Shown in pieces: positions 1 through 13,623 of a stretch of 64,000 nt of DNA; the stretch's first letter is position 1; every line of letters begins with the position of its first letter. The translations under genes were made by a program, and so were the position numbers. The notes below the pieces were generated by a model that searched no databases, was not told where the DNA came from, and worked only from the letters and a program-made list of their open reading frames with translations. Location: contig NC_043025.1 in assembly GCF_006345805.1 (NCBI RefSeq), forward strand, positions 12,896,001 through 12,960,000, given 5' to 3'. The DNA is from Octopus sinensis (taxonomy: Eukaryota).

Positions 1-360
1 CTGAATATCTCACTGCTCTAATTTTATTTTGTTCGGATATATGGACCACTGACGATACATGTGTGAATATATACATGTATGTATGCGTGTTGAACACGTG
101 GTGTTTATACATGTTACGCTTTACATCTACGAGAGGTGGATCTGTTAGAAATAGCAGCGAAACCTCTCTCAAATCATACATAAACCCTCAACACCATCTA
201 AAAACAAAACAAAACAAAAATCAAAAACAAGGTGCACGGGGGAAGAAAACATTCGACAAGGGTGGTCACGGTATGAATTAATTCGATCGTAATAAGTTAC
301 GGTCTTGCTGATTTTGAAATGGGACAAGTGAAAGTAAAATAGGGATCACTTAAGACTTAC

Positions 361-567
361 TCCGTCCTGTTTTTCCTTGAGTTTGCCAATTAGGTCTCCA
401 ACGGCGACGATCCTGTTCTCCTTGGAGGCGACTGCCAGCACCGTGAATAGATCCAAGATCCCTCGGTCCACATCTAAAGCCCTTGGTATGATGTCCATCA
501 GCTTCGGCGATGGGAGAACTTCTTTGATGACAGATGATTCGGGAGTAGTTTTATCGATTCCGACCAT
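361..567 (-). CDS. MYBBP1A: First coding exon of a Myb-binding protein 1A / Pol5 (DNA polymerase phi family)-like gene, divergent from eIF4H; the rest of the gene lies left of the window
   Basis: ATG at 567-565 in strong context (AAAATC ATG G); 69 codons MVGIDK...DRGILDLFTVLAVASKENRIVAVGDLIGKLKEKQDG end at a phase-0 donor GGA|GTAAGT (360-355). Aligns without gaps to the remembered human MYBBP1A N-terminus SREFLDFFWDIAKPEQETRLAATEKLLEYLRGRP (10/34 identical plus several conservative matches). Confidence 0.7.
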
Positions 568-654
568 GATTTTAAGGGATCTATCTAACCTAGAATACAA
601 ATCTAATTAAAACACAGGTCCCGGCACTGACATGTGGGGACGAAACCGGGTTGA

Positions 655-665
655 CGGAAGCGGAA
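655..665. promoter_or_regulatory. Tandem ETS/GABP-like sites (CGGAAGCGGAA) upstream of the minus-strand gene
   Basis: Motif seen about 90 nt upstream of the ATG at 567 in a CpG-containing patch; function inferred. Confidence 0.4.
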
Positions 666-711
666 CCTTAGAAGCACCACGCGGTCGCAAACAAGAAACG
701 TAATTACTAAC

Positions 712-1830
712 TCCCCCTCTCACTCCTCTTATTCTCTTATTCTCTCTATCACTTCTCTCTCTTGTTCTTACTCTCTCTCTCTTTCAGTCTCTCAATAACT
801 TACCCTCTCACTCTTCCTCACTTCCCGTTCTTTCTTATTCTGCCTCCCCTCTCTGCTGTATCATTCTTTCCCTCCCCTTCACCCTCTCTCATAGTTCTTA
901 GTCATACTTCCCTCCTTCTAATAGTCTCTTCTCTTACTTTCCTCCCACTCATACTCTTTCTCCTCCTCCTCTCTAACATTCCTTTCTTATTCTCCCTCTC
1001 CCTCTCCCTCTCGCTCAATACTTTATTAATCATCCTTCTTTGTAGACCTCTATTCTTTTCCCTCTCTCTTCTTTCCTTTCCTCCTACCATCTCTACCCTT
1101 GTTCTCCGCTCTTCCTTATCCTCTCTTACCCTCCCCTCTCTCTATACCCAATCTGACGCTCTTTCTACCACCCTACTCTCTCTATCTCTCCCTTTCTTCC
1201 TCTCTCGTTGTCTCACGTTTTCCCTCATACTCACCCTTTCCTCTCGCCTCCTCCCCTTCCACCCTCTATATTCATCACCCTTCTTTCTTTTCCTCTCATT
1301 CTACCTCTTTCTCCCTCCCACTCCGTAACCAACCTTTCCTTTCTCCATCCCTCCCTCTCTTACTCTATATCTATCCTTATTCTTCGCCCTATCTATCTTT
1401 CTCTCGATTGTTCCTTTCTCCCACTCATCCTCCCTCCATCTCATCTCCCACTCTCTGTCTACCTCTATGTCTATTCCTCACACTCACTAATCCCCCTGTT
1501 TCTATTCCTTTCTCCCACTCTCTATCTATCTCTATCTCTATTCCTCACACTCACTAATCCCTCTGTCCCTATTCCTATCTCTATTCCTCCCACTCATCCT
1601 CCCTCCCTCTCATCTCCCACTCTCTATCTATGTCTATCTCTATTCCTCACACTCACTAATCCCTCTGTCCTATCTCTATTCCTCACACTCACTAATCCCC
1701 CTGTCTCTATTCCTATCCCTCGCATTCCCCCTCTCTGCCATTTCTTCCTCCAGCTTACACTCCCAGCTCCTCCCACTCTCTTTTTATTCGACTATCTCTC
1801 TCTCTCTCTCTCTCTTCCTCTCCTTCTCCT
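712..1830. repeat. 1.1 kb polypyrimidine (CT-rich) tract with internal short tandem repeats, between the divergent start codons
   Basis: Almost only C/T on +; recurring TATTCCTCACACTCACTAATCCC units at about 1470-1710. Confidence 0.9.
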
Positions 1831-1867
1831 ATTACGCCACCAGAGGTCGTGGTGGTCGTGCTCTACT

Positions 1868-1911
1868 ACTTCCGGTGGAGAGAGAGAAGTAGTTTTTTCC
1901 CAAAATGGCCG
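1868..1911 (+). promoter_or_regulatory. eIF4H proximal promoter motifs: ETS (ACTTCCGG 1868-1875) and YY1-like CAAAATGGCCG overlapping the ATG; a second YY1-like AAAATGGCG at 2081-2089
   Basis: Motif matches in a CpG-rich patch around exon 1. Confidence 0.45.
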
Positions 1912-1972
1912 ATTACTCGGATCCCAACCACAACTTCTTCAGGGAGAATCGCTACAGTGACCCTTCCAGCAG
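1905..1972 (+). CDS. EIF4H: eIF4H exon 1 (MADYSDPNHNFFRENRYSDPSS-R)
   Basis: CAAA ATG G start; AG|GTGAGT donor at 1973; 68 nt, phase 2, completes codon AGA with the first base of exon 2; MADY start resembles vertebrate eIF4H MADF. Confidence 0.8.
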
Positions 1973-2139
1973 GTGAGTACACCGGCAAACACCCGCGCGA
2001 CCTCGCCCGACGACCGAAGCAGCGCTTCGCGTCGGCATCGAACCTTCGCCTCCTCTAGAATCCGCCGTACGGAACGATAGAAAATGGCGTATGCGCTGCT
2101 GCTGCGAGGACTAAGAAGTAGCAATGGTGGCTGCGATGG

Positions 2140-3325
2140 AAGCTTCGTCTCTCTCTTCTCTTTCTCTCTCTTCTTTCTCTTTCTCTTTCTCTTCTCTCTC
2201 TCTCTCTATCGCTTCCCCCCCCCTTTTTTTATCTCCGTCTCTCTTTTTCTCTCTCTGCCTCGGCTTCTCCCCTCCTTTCTCTTCACCTCTCACATGTCTA
2301 TCTCTATCTCTACAGACGTCTATCTTATATATATATATATATGTATGTATGTATATATATATATGTATGTATGTATATATGTGTCTGTGTGTGTGTGTAT
2401 GTATATATATATATCCCTATTTCTCTTCACCTCTCACATGTCTATCTCCCTTATTTCATTTCTTCTCTATCTCTACAGACGTCTATCTTCTAATATATAT
2501 ATACATACATATATATATATGTATGTATATGTATATATGTGTCTGTGTGTGTGTGTGTATGTATATATATATATCCCTATTTCTCTTCACCTCTCACATG
2601 TCTATCTCCCTTATTTCATTTCTTCTCTATCTCTACAGACGTCGATCTTCTAATATATATATATACATATATATATATGTGTGTCTGTATATCATGTCTA
2701 TAGCAAAACCTTGTGTGAGTGTATATATATATATATATATATATCCCCATTTCTCTCCTTTCACATGTCTATCTCTACAGACCTCTATCTTCTAATATAT
2801 ATATATAGATATATATATTATACATACATATATATATATATCAAATAAGTATGTATATATATATGTCTGTGTGTGTATATCATGTCTATAGCAAAAGCTT
2901 GTGTGTATGTGTATATATATATATATATATATATCCCCATTTCTCTCCTTTCACATGTCTATCTCTACAGACCTCTATCTTCTAATATATATTAGATATA
3001 TATATTATACATACATATATATATATATCAAATAGTATGTATATATATATGTCTGTGTTGTATATCAATAGCAAAAGCTTGTGTGTATGTGTATATTAAT
3101 ATATATCCCTTTCTCCTCTTTCACATGTCTATCTCTACAGACGTCTATCTTATAATATATATATATATGGAAGGAAAAAAGGTGTTCAGAATGTTGGATG
3201 GTTGTAAAAATATGCACTTATTTGCGCTTTCAAGTACTCAATTTTACAACCATCCAGCAATCTCAACACCTTTTTTCATACACATGTATAAAATCTGTAC
3301 ATCACCCCCAATACATCTAACACAG

Positions 3326-3358
<33 letters not shown>

Positions 3359-4010
3359 AGATATGTGTGTGTAAGTATATATATACATATATATCCCTAT
3401 TTCTCTTCACCTCTCACATGTCTATCTCCCTTTTTCATTCCTTCTCTATCTCTACAGACGTCTATCTTATAATATATATCATATATGTATGTATGTATAT
3501 GTATATCTGTGTGTGTATGTATATATATATATCCCTATTTCTCTCACTCTCATGTCTATCTCCCTATCATCCTTCTCTATCTCTAACAGACGTCTATCTT
3601 ATAATATATATATATATGGAAGGAAAAAAGGTGTTGAGAGTGTTGGATGGTTGTAAAAATATACATTTATTTACAAATCACGTATTATTTCTTCATATTA
3701 GCGCCTTCAAGTACTCATTTTTACAACCATCCAGTATTCTGAACACCCTTTTTCTTACACATGTATAAAATCTATACATCACCCCCCAATACTTCTAACA
3801 TATATATCTCAAATAAGTATATATATATATATATATGTCTCTGTGTGTAAATGTCAGCTATTCTCTATAGCTATATCTGTATGTATATCATGTCTATAGC
3901 AAAAGCTTGTGCATGTATATATATATATATATATATATCCCTATTTCTCTTTATATATGAGTGTGTGTATAGATATATCTTCCTTTCGTTTATCCTCTAT
4001 ATGCAACCGA

Positions 4011-4041
<31 letters not shown>

Positions 4042-4460
4042 GTATGTGTGTGTATTCCTTTCTGTCTATACGTCTCCGTTTCGCTCACCCTCTCTGTCTC
4101 TCTCTATCTATATATATCCATCGATATATACGTATATACACATACATACACGCATTCCTCTCGCTCACTCTCTTTATATATCTGTCATTGCTCTATCTCT
4201 CTCTCTCCCCCCTATATCGAATTGCAGTCAGTAGTTGCAGGAAGCATATACACACACTCGCATCTATACATACATGTACATACGCACATACACATTGCAT
4301 AGACTTCCTTATATACACGCTTTCTACGCATGTTGAAAAACATTCACACGATTTACAGACAGACGCACGTCCTATAAGCTCCCATTGTGACTATTCACAT
4401 ATATATGTGTTGATGTGTGTGTATACATACATACATATATATATATAATATACACTCAGT
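2140..4460. repeat. Mosaic of (CT)n/(TA)n/(GT)n microsatellites with locally duplicated 140-450 bp blocks
   Basis: TTCTCTTCACCTCTCACATGTCTATCTC recurs at about 2277, 2421, 2581 and 3401; block at about 3150-3330 is repeated at about 3600-3800. Confidence 0.85.
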
Positions 4461-5753
4461 GGATTGTGTGTAAAAAAAAAAACCTTGCCTAAGATTTCCA
4501 TTGTTCTTTTTCTCTTGTAAATTTTGAGATCATATTTGGGCATGTCTAGAGAAACAGACATACTCGGAGACATATATACATACATGTATCTTTGCGGGTG
4601 TATATTTTATACACATGCTGAAATTAGTGGTGGGGAGGGACAATATATTGCTTTGTTTTTTGTATTTCAACTGCAGGAATTTAAATCTGTAAACCTTTAC
4701 CACAACCTGGTTTGCTCGACATGCTGGAAACTGTAGCTACAAAAATGACCCTCAAGTCACGTCTAACACACACACACACATGTTTAATTGAATCTCTTTT
4801 TAGTCTGACCCGGGGCTAAACTGGATTATGCTTGTATAGAAAATAGTGGATCTCGAATCTCATAACGCTATAAATAGTAGCATGTAGACGTTCTAATGAA
4901 AAACCTTTTTTGATTAGATGAAATCGCGTGTATGTGTATCTTTAGATAGATATTAGCAAATGATTTGAACAGGTGGGGTGGGAGAAAAGCTAATCACTCC
5001 TTAATTAGTGATGTTAGAAATTTACCTGTTTTGGTGTCAACACCCAGCTCTGTGAATACGTGTGTATATATATACACACACACGCGCTTAATTTCCAGAG
5101 AATTCTGGCGAACTTCTTTGTTTCACAGGTAAACCTCTTGGTATTTGGTGCTGAGAAATTCTTGGCTTTGGGTAAAAGAAATTGCAGGATTCACAGTTAA
5201 TTACGGTTTAATTCTACACATTCCCTTCTAAGGGTCACAAACTTTCGGCACCGATCCTTCAGTTTTTCTAAGCCCTATAAAAGAACTCGAAAGGTCGGGT
5301 CTCCAACTAGACCTAGACCTTTCGCGACACCCTTAAAGCCTGGAACTTTTCAATACCCGCTCGTGTGTGTATATATATATGCGCGCATGCAATAATATAT
5401 ACTGTTGAAATTGCATGTGTATAAAATGTCTCGTAATAAGTACGTTTTGTATATAATATATAATATACACGCGCGCGCACAGATACATACACCTTCGGTA
5501 TGTGCTTATCCAAGCACGTGTGTATATGTTTGGCGCCTCTGTGTTGTAGGTCGACCTGGGAAAGCTAGTAACAACAACCAAATCCTTTAAAACGAAGTCC
5601 CTTTGATAGAAAAAAAATAGACGTGGGTGAGCATTTGATAGTGATGGATACTTTGTCTAAATGTTAGACGGGGTGGTCGTAACTGGAACACTTTTGATCA
5701 TAGCTCCGTCTGCTTTCTCTCGAATCTAAATACCTTTTACATTGGTGTGTGTG

Positions 5754-5788
<35 letters not shown>

Positions 5789-6637
5789 GTTTCAATCATT
5801 TGACTGCGACCATGCTGGCGCACCGCCTTTTAGTCGAAAAGTTCGACCCCTGGATTTATTTTTAGCAAGTCGGGTACTTATTCTATCGGTCTCTTTTCAA
5901 ACCGCTAAGTTACGAGAACGTGAATATACCAACATCGGTTATCAAGCGACGGTGGGGGCAGACACGAGCACACAAATATATACGTATGTGACAGGCTTCT
6001 TTCAGTTTCCGTCTACCAAATCCACTCACAAGTCTTTCGAGGTGATGCCCCAGCATGGCCGCGAGTCAGATATGAGCCAGAGCGTAGTCACTGAAAGTTG
6101 CTAGAAATAGCAGTCGATTTCTTTGAAAACATACTTGAGAACCCCCATAGCTAAATGTAGTTCTAGATATGTGTGTATACAATATAGGCTTGGATTGGCA
6201 CATCTGGGGTGTCTTGTCGTATATGGGGGGGGGTCACTGCAGGGTAATCCCACACGCCCACGTGTAGGGGGCGACCTTTTCAATAGTATTTCCTCATTTA
6301 AAGTGGAAGAAACGCCACCGTTTTTCTACCGCCTCTCTTCAAAGATTTCACCTTTCAGCCTTTATGTGAGTGTATGTATATATATATATATATATATACA
6401 CATATATATATATACACACACATATTCGTACATACACCCGTGTGTGTGTGTATATATATATACTCTTTTACTTGTTTCAGTCATTTGACTGCGGCCGTGC
6501 TGGAGCACCGCCTTTAATCGAGCAACTCGACCCCGGGACTTGTTCTTTTGTAAGCCCATACTTATTCTATCGGTCTCTTTTGCCGAACCGCTGAGTAATG
6601 GGGACATAAACACACCAGCATCGGTTGTCAAGCAATG

Positions 6638-6672
<35 letters not shown>

Positions 6673-6704
6673 CACACACATATTCGTACATACACCCCCA
6701 CCCC

Positions 6705-6736
<32 letters not shown>

Positions 6737-6819
6737 CACACACACATACACCTGTGGCTATATACGTACATATACTTTTGTCTAGTTAGAGATAGATGCG
6801 TGTAGTCTCGCATTACGGA

Positions 6820-8230
6820 TGGATTGACAGAGGAGTCCAGTCGTGACCGTCCCGCGTAATTTGATCAGAATACATAGAAAAAATATCTACAGTTTATATT
6901 CTGCTGTGTCCTCGCTTGTTATTGTTCAGCCCCAGGTCGGTCCTGATCTAGGAGACCTATGATCAAAGACGTTCCAGGTAGTGTGACCGTCCTGTCTCAT
7001 TTAAAATGCCACAGTGTACCTAGGACTACGTTGTCTTATGTGTCCTTCCTCCTCCTCGTTGTTGTTGTTCAACCCTAGGTCGGTCCTGATCCGGCAGACC
7101 GATCGATGATTCAAGGACAGTCTGCCTTCGATTTTCGGTAAATTGGTCTGTGTCCATCGATCACGTAGTCTAACGTGTCCATCGATCACAAAGTCCTGTG
7201 AGGCGTTATCGGTGTCTGAAACCAGGCCACGCTTGAGCGAATATACATTTATGATTAAAGACGTTCCATCAGTGACCATCCCGTCTATTCTTTGTGCAAA
7301 GAACAAACTCATCACTGCGTTAAGTAACTTATCCTTTAAGACCGTTGATGGGTGTATTTGGCTAACTAAGGTCTATCTCTTTGGCGGTGTTGCTTAGCCC
7401 CAGGTCGGTCCGGATTTGGAGAATCTATCTCCGATTAAATTCATTCCGGCCGTGACCATTCCGTCGATTTCTGCGCCTAAATAGGAAATCCTTATTTAGG
7501 TGCAGTGAGGTTTGTTTTCCGACCACATGGTTCCGGCTTCGGCCCCACTACGTGGCATTTTGGCCTTTTTTGCCACTATAGTCCGGGGCTGACCAAGAGC
7601 CCTGTGAGTGGATTTTGGTAGACGGAAACTGAAAGAAGCCCGTCGTGTGTGTGTGTCTTGTTTTCCCTGGTGACGGCGGGTGTTGGTTTGCTTACGTCCC
7701 CGTAATCTAGCCGTTCGGCCAAAAGGGACCGGTCGAATAAGTACCAGATTTTCTTGGAGAGAAAAGGAAATTCTGGGGGTGTCGATGAGAGGGAGGGTGG
7801 GACTTTGACTGTTGTTTCTAGCGTGCTGCATAGCGACCACCCAGAGGCGCCTCCGTTGTTTTGCCGCAAAAACTGGGTCAGACTTCAATTCCAACATGGC
7901 GTTCTGACTTGTTGTTTAACCCTTGTCCAGGCTACCTCCTGGTCCTGTGCTAAAAGTCTGTGGATCAGAGCCGTTCCAGTCGTGACCAACCTCCCTTTTT
8001 TTCTCTGTTCGTCTATCTAAGACTACGTTACGTAACGTGTAATTTTAGATTATTATAAATTTTTTCCACGTTGAATCGGATTGATTTGAAGATTTAGCTG
8101 TTATTTCTAGCGAGTCTAGGTTTTAGGCGAGGGTCTTACATACGTACATATATATTGATTCCAGGCGTGGCCATCCCGTTTATTCTATATATTGATTCCA
8201 GGCGTGGCCACCCCGTTTATTCTATTTATT
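6820..8230. repeat. Degenerate multi-copy cluster of the same unit that forms the young array at 24655-25194
   Basis: Recurrent GCCCCAGGTCGGTCCTGATC...GATCAAAGACGTTCCAG...GTGACC.TCC variants at about 6930, 7070, 7250, 7395, 7925 and 8160. Confidence 0.6.
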
Positions 8231-10446
8231 GATTGCCTAAAATTGTGCACATGTGCGCGTACACGGGCAATCTTCGTGTTACGGAAACGTTTTACGTTCG
8301 TTGAAATTCTTCCGTAACTTTGGAATTTCGTTGCTCTCGATACAACTACGTTGGAACTCTTTGGGAAATTGGTTTCGTGTTACAGAATTCCAACGTTACG
8401 GTAGTGTTTTGGTGTACGTGACGCTTCCGTAACGCGGCTGTGTGTGTCTGTGTGTGCAGGCTTTGTATGTGCTTCGATGAAGGCGCGTGGCTTAGTGGTT
8501 AGGGCTACTCGGTTCTCGATCGCAAGATCGTGGGTTCGATTCCCGGCAAATGTGAGTTGTGCTTTTAGTTCGTAGGGGACAGCCGTGTCACGCTGAATCT
8601 CCCCCCCGAGAACTACGTTAAGGGTACACGTGTCTGTGGAGTGCTCAGCCACTTACTTGCTCGTTAGTTTCACGAGCAGGGCTGTTCTGTTGATCGATCG
8701 GATCAGCTGGGACACTCGTCGTCGTAACCGACGGAGTACCAATTCGTGTGTGTGTGTGAAGGCGCGTGGTTTAGTGGTTAGGGTGTTCTACTCGCGGTCG
8801 TAAACTTGCGAGTTCGATTCCCGGTGGAATCATCATCCCACATCACCAGTTCTGCTTACCAAAAGTGGCCCACTTGGCACCATGCAGTGGCTGCGATATA
8901 CGGCCGCCCCCGATCGGGAGAGGGGCGGCCCGTTCCCAGTCCGAGAGTAGAATGAGGTGCATTATGTCCTTGATCAAGACCCTTTATATCACGTTGCTCC
9001 AGTCCACTCAGCTGGTGAAAATGAGTTGTACCTGTATTTAAAAAAAAGGGACCAACCTTGTCGCATTCTGTGTCCCACTGAATCTCCCTGAGAACTACGT
9101 TAAGTGAGCACGTGTCTCTGGAGTACTCAGCCACTTGCACGTTAATTTCACAAGCAGGCCGTTTTGTTTGTCAGATCTGCTGGGACCCTCGTCGTTGTAA
9201 CCGACAGTCAGGCCCTGTATGTGCTTTGAGATCCAATTCCAAAAATTTATAAAAGTGTGGGCACTTGCCTACGAACCACATGGTTCCGAGTTCAGTCCTA
9301 CTGCGTGGCACCTTGGGCAAGTGTTTTCTACTCAAGCCTCGGGCCAACCAAAGCCTTGTGAGTGGATTTGGTAGATGGAAACTGTTGCAAAATTACACAG
9401 AACAAACCATATCGTCGTCCCATTCCTATTCATATACTCTTTTACTTGTTTCAGTCATTTGACTGCGGCCATGCTGGAGCACCGCCTTTAGTCGGGCAAC
9501 TCGACCCCGGGACTTATTCTTTTTGTATGCCCAGTACTTATTCTATCGGTCTCTTTTTGCCAAACCGCTAAGTGACGGGGACGTAAACACACCAGCATCG
9601 GTTGTCAAGCAATGCTAGGGGGACAAACACACACACACATATCATCATCATCATCGTTTAACATCCGTTCTCCATGCTAGCATGGGTTGGACGGTTCGAC
9701 CGGGGATCTGGGAAGCCAGAAGGCTGCACCAGGCTCCAGTCTTATCTGGCAATGTTTCTACAGTTGGATGCCCTTCCTAACGCCAACTACTCCGTGAGTA
9801 TAGTGGGTGCTTTTTACGTATACATATATACGACAGGCTTCTTTCAGTTTCCGTCTACCAAATCCACTCACAAGGCATTGGACGGCCCGGGGCTATAGCT
9901 GAAGACACTTGCCCAAGGTGCCACGCAGTGGGACTGAACCCGGAACCATGTGGTTGGTTAGCAAGCTACTTACCACACAGCCACTCCTGCGCCTATATAT
10001 ATATATATATATTTTTAAAATCTGTGAAGTCGTAAATATGCGATAGTTGAACCGCAAAGTAGCGTGGGATCACTGTATAGCAGAAACAACTGTAAGCTAC
10101 TGGCATTCATAACATAATCGTTTTAATCGCTTGTTCCTCTGTCATCACCTCTTTTCTTATATATATACTAGCAGCTAAGCCCGGTTTCACCCAGTCTGTT
10201 TGGATGATGTGGCTGTGATCGTTTTTGGTTAGGCATAATCTATAATAGCGTTTCTCAACCTTATCATTTTGGGTCCCCTGTTTCAATCGGATCCTCCAGC
10301 TATATGAAAATTTCTTGACCCCACCCCGTCAGAAAACAGCTACTAAGCAACTGGTTGTTTTCATGGCGGAAGAAAGAGGGGAAATCCATTAGAAAAAGAT
10401 TTAATCGATTTTCTCAATAAATATGGGGGTTAGGAAAAAAAATAAA

Positions 10447-10572
10447 GGATCTTTTCGGTTTGAACGGCAGTTTTTTTCTAGCGGTGTCATATGAAATTGT
10501 CACCCCTAATTATGACCCGAGTATCAATCTATTGCATTTCAATCTGTTTTAGGGTTAGGGTTAGTTAGGGTT
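10447..10572 (+). mobile_element. Fragment of a repeat beginning GGATCTTTTCGGTTTGA and ending in telomere-like TTAGGG units
   Basis: TTAGGGTTAGGGTTAGTTAGGGTT at 10549-10572; flanked by about 85 bp diverged direct repeats (about 10343 and 10573). Confidence 0.45.
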
Positions 10573-12045
10573 CTAAGCAACTGGTTATTTTAGTGATAGA
10601 AGAAAGAGGGAAATTCCATTAGAAAAGTTTTAATCGATTTTCTCAGTAAGTATGGGAGCATTCCAATCTATGCACCCGTCTCCACATGTGTGCCATTTTT
10701 CATGCGAATCCACCCAGCCGTTTGGCTGTGAACCTCAAGACAAGAAAGAATACAACGATCGCCCATGTCCAATTTATATTATAGATTATAGAGACACAGG
10801 CATAGCTGCATAAGAAGCTTATTTCCTAATCGCATGGTTTCAGGTTCAGTCCCTCAGTATGACACCTTGGGCAAGTGTCTTGCACTATAGCCTCGGGCTA
10901 TAACTGGATTTGGTAAATGGAAACTGAAAGAAGCCCGTTGTGTATGTATCTTTGTTTCCACCACCACCTGACAACCGGTGTGCTTATGTCCCTGTAACTT
11001 AGCAGTTCGGTAAAAGAGAACAATAGAGTAAGTACCAAACTTGGGAATAATTACTAAAGGAAGGGCATACAGCTGTAGAAACCCTGCCAAATCAGACTGG
11101 AGCCTGGTGCTGCCTACATGGCTTAACAGACCCCGGTCAAACCGTCCAACCCATGCTAGCATGGAAAACGGACGTTAAACGTTGATGATTGTTTCATGCT
11201 ACTAAAAATTACTCGTGGTGGGTGTCCCAGGGTGGTAACAGTCTAGTAGTGCATCTATATATACTATATATAAGGGTGTATACTGGCCTCGTGCCGGTGG
11301 CACGTAAAAAGCACCATCCGTTTGTGGCCGTTGCCAGACTTGCGTGGCACATAAAAAGCACCATCTGATCGTGGCCGTTTGCCAGACTAGTCTGGCCCCT
11401 GTGCTGGTGGCACGTAAAAAGCACCCACTACACTCACGGAGTGGTTGGCGTTGGGAAGGGCATCCAGCCGTAGAAACACTGCCAGATCTGACTGGGCCTG
11501 ATGAAGCCTACATGGCTTCACAGACCCCAGTTGAACCGTCCAACCCATGCTAGCATGGAAAGCGGACACTAAACGATGATGATGTATGCGAATGTCACAG
11601 AAAGGCCCTAAAATAAGTACATCCTCAGGGGTAAACTAATTCGATTTTCAAAATCTTCCTCTCAGGATATTCAGTTTTTAGATCGATGAACCTACCACTC
11701 CTTAATCATTCCCACCATGCTCTGTTTCCCCTCTCTATATATATGTACCACACTCTTTATCACTCTGTATTTGTATTCTCTCTCTCTCTCTCTCTCTCAC
11801 TCATACTACTCCCCGATTTCTCTCTCTTCATATGACCTGCATTTGCTTTCATTTTGCTTAAAACTCCGTAGTTGTAAAGTTGACTTTCATTTTATATTTA
11901 TAGGTAAAACCAAACTTTAAACCTCTCTTTTATCTTTATTCTTTATCTTTTGCTTGTTTCAGTTGTTTGACTGCGGCCATTCTGGGGCACTGCCTTGAAG
12001 GGTTTCAGTCAACCACCACCACCCTGCCCAGGTGGGGGTGTTTAA

Positions 12046-12264
12046 CCCTTTAGTGTTCAGATTATTCAATCAAACATAATGCTTATTGATTCCCATTGAT
12101 TTGAATTAATCCTGCATTATCTCATATCTTCAAGATCTTGATGGTGTAATTACTTAATGTAGAATAACATTGTAGGGTAGGTGTGAGGGCCTGGATCTGG
12201 TCAGTTTGAACATAAAACAGATTAACTATTTTGGCCAGATATGGCCGGTTTAAATACTAAAGGG
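12046..12264. mobile_element. piggyBac-like MITE, family 2
   Basis: TTAA|CCCTTTAGT...ACTAAAGGG|TTAA; TTAA target and CCC...GGG termini are piggyBac hallmarks. Confidence 0.8.
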
Positions 12265-12499
12265 TTAAGCCTGATACAAAATTTGTAACTGCAACAGAAA
12301 AGATCCTTCTCTCTCTCTCTCTCTCTCTCTCTGTTCATCTCTTTCATTTTCCTCATTGTAAACTTCCCCTTCTCTATATATATTTACCACACTCTCTCTC
12401 TCACTGTATATGGATATCACACGTGCTGTGTGTGTGTGTGTAAGGAATTTCATAAGGGCGACAAAGAACCTTTTGAGACAAACCATTCAGTGACGTGCA

Positions 12500-13252
12500 A
12501 CCAATAGAATACCCTCCATCAGGCATTTGCCATATTCTGAACGCCTTACTTCCCTGGGCATGGACACATTGAAACTCCGATGTCTGACAGCTGACTTGGC
12601 AGACACCCACAAAATTATTAACCCTCTTACAAACAATAACTCTGAGCACCTTTTCAAACTCCACCAGTCTAACACCTGTGGACATATTTACAAAGTCAGA
12701 AAACAGCACAGCTCCTTCCATGACTTTAGGAAACATTTTTTCCCGCTAAGAATTGCCGAAGCATGGAACAAACTGCCGGCATCAGTTGTTGGTTGTCGGA
12801 GCACTGCATCCTTGAAAACTTCCATGCTTCCTGAGATTCGCCAACACTACTACACCTGATCTTCTCCCCTTCATACACACGCTGAAGCATGGAACAAACT
12901 GCCGGCATCAGTTGTTAGTTGTCGGAGCACTGCATCCTTCAAAACTTCCATGCTTCCTGAGATTCGCCAACACTACACCTGATCTTCTTCCCTCCATACA
13001 CACGCTGAAACATGGAACAAACTGCTGGCATCGGTTGTTAATTGTCGGAGCACTGCATCCTTCAAAACTTCCTGAGATTCGCCAACACTACAGCTGATCT
13101 TCTCCCCTCCATACACACGCTGAAGCATCCATCTGACTCATACACTGTTCACTTCCCAGACATTTCTACATTACTGCATATGCTTTATATGCACTTTGGA
13201 TAAGTTGTGGGGCACCTGAGCACTGTATACAATAATTTCATTATTATTGTTT
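12500..13252 (+). mobile_element. 5'-truncated CR1-group LINE 3' end with three tandem 115-126 bp duplications spanning the stop codon
   Basis: ORF LPYSERLTSLGMDTLKLR...GHIYKV...RKHFFPLRIAEAWNKLPASVV matches the CR1-type RT C-terminus; units restart at GAA(G/A)CAT (12758, 12884, 13007, 13122). Confidence 0.8.
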
Positions 13253-13623
13253 AAGTGAACTAAGAAAAATCTTGACTTCTCTGCACCAAATGAAAAAACA
13301 AAAATTTAGTTTGAGACATAACTTCTCCCAAACAATGCAGAAATCTGTCCTGGTCAAGAGTCCTATCTGTGTGGAAAGACATGGTCTAACATGGCACGAA
13401 ATAAATTTAAACCGGCCATATCGGGGCCAAAATATTTTCACTGCTTTTTGGTCAAACTGGCCAGGTCCTACCTTTCATACCTACCCTACAATGTCATTGT
13501 AAAATAAACAATCATGTCGTTGGAATCTCAAACCTGTGAGAAAATGCCTGCTTTAATTTTTAAAAACTGGGAATAAATAAGGATTATATTTGACAGATAA
13601 TCTGAAACGCTAAGGGATTAAAT

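Noticed and set aside
346-600. ORF-track call starting at a TTG at 600 and running to a stop at 346
   Set aside because: The region is better explained as an exon from ATG 567 to the GTAAGT donor at 360; the ORF ends are upstream and intronic sequence.
762-4448. Long L/S/P/F- and Y/I/C-rich ORFs (up to 250 aa)
   Set aside because: Translations of CT tracts and (TA)/(CA) microsatellites; no splice or homology support.
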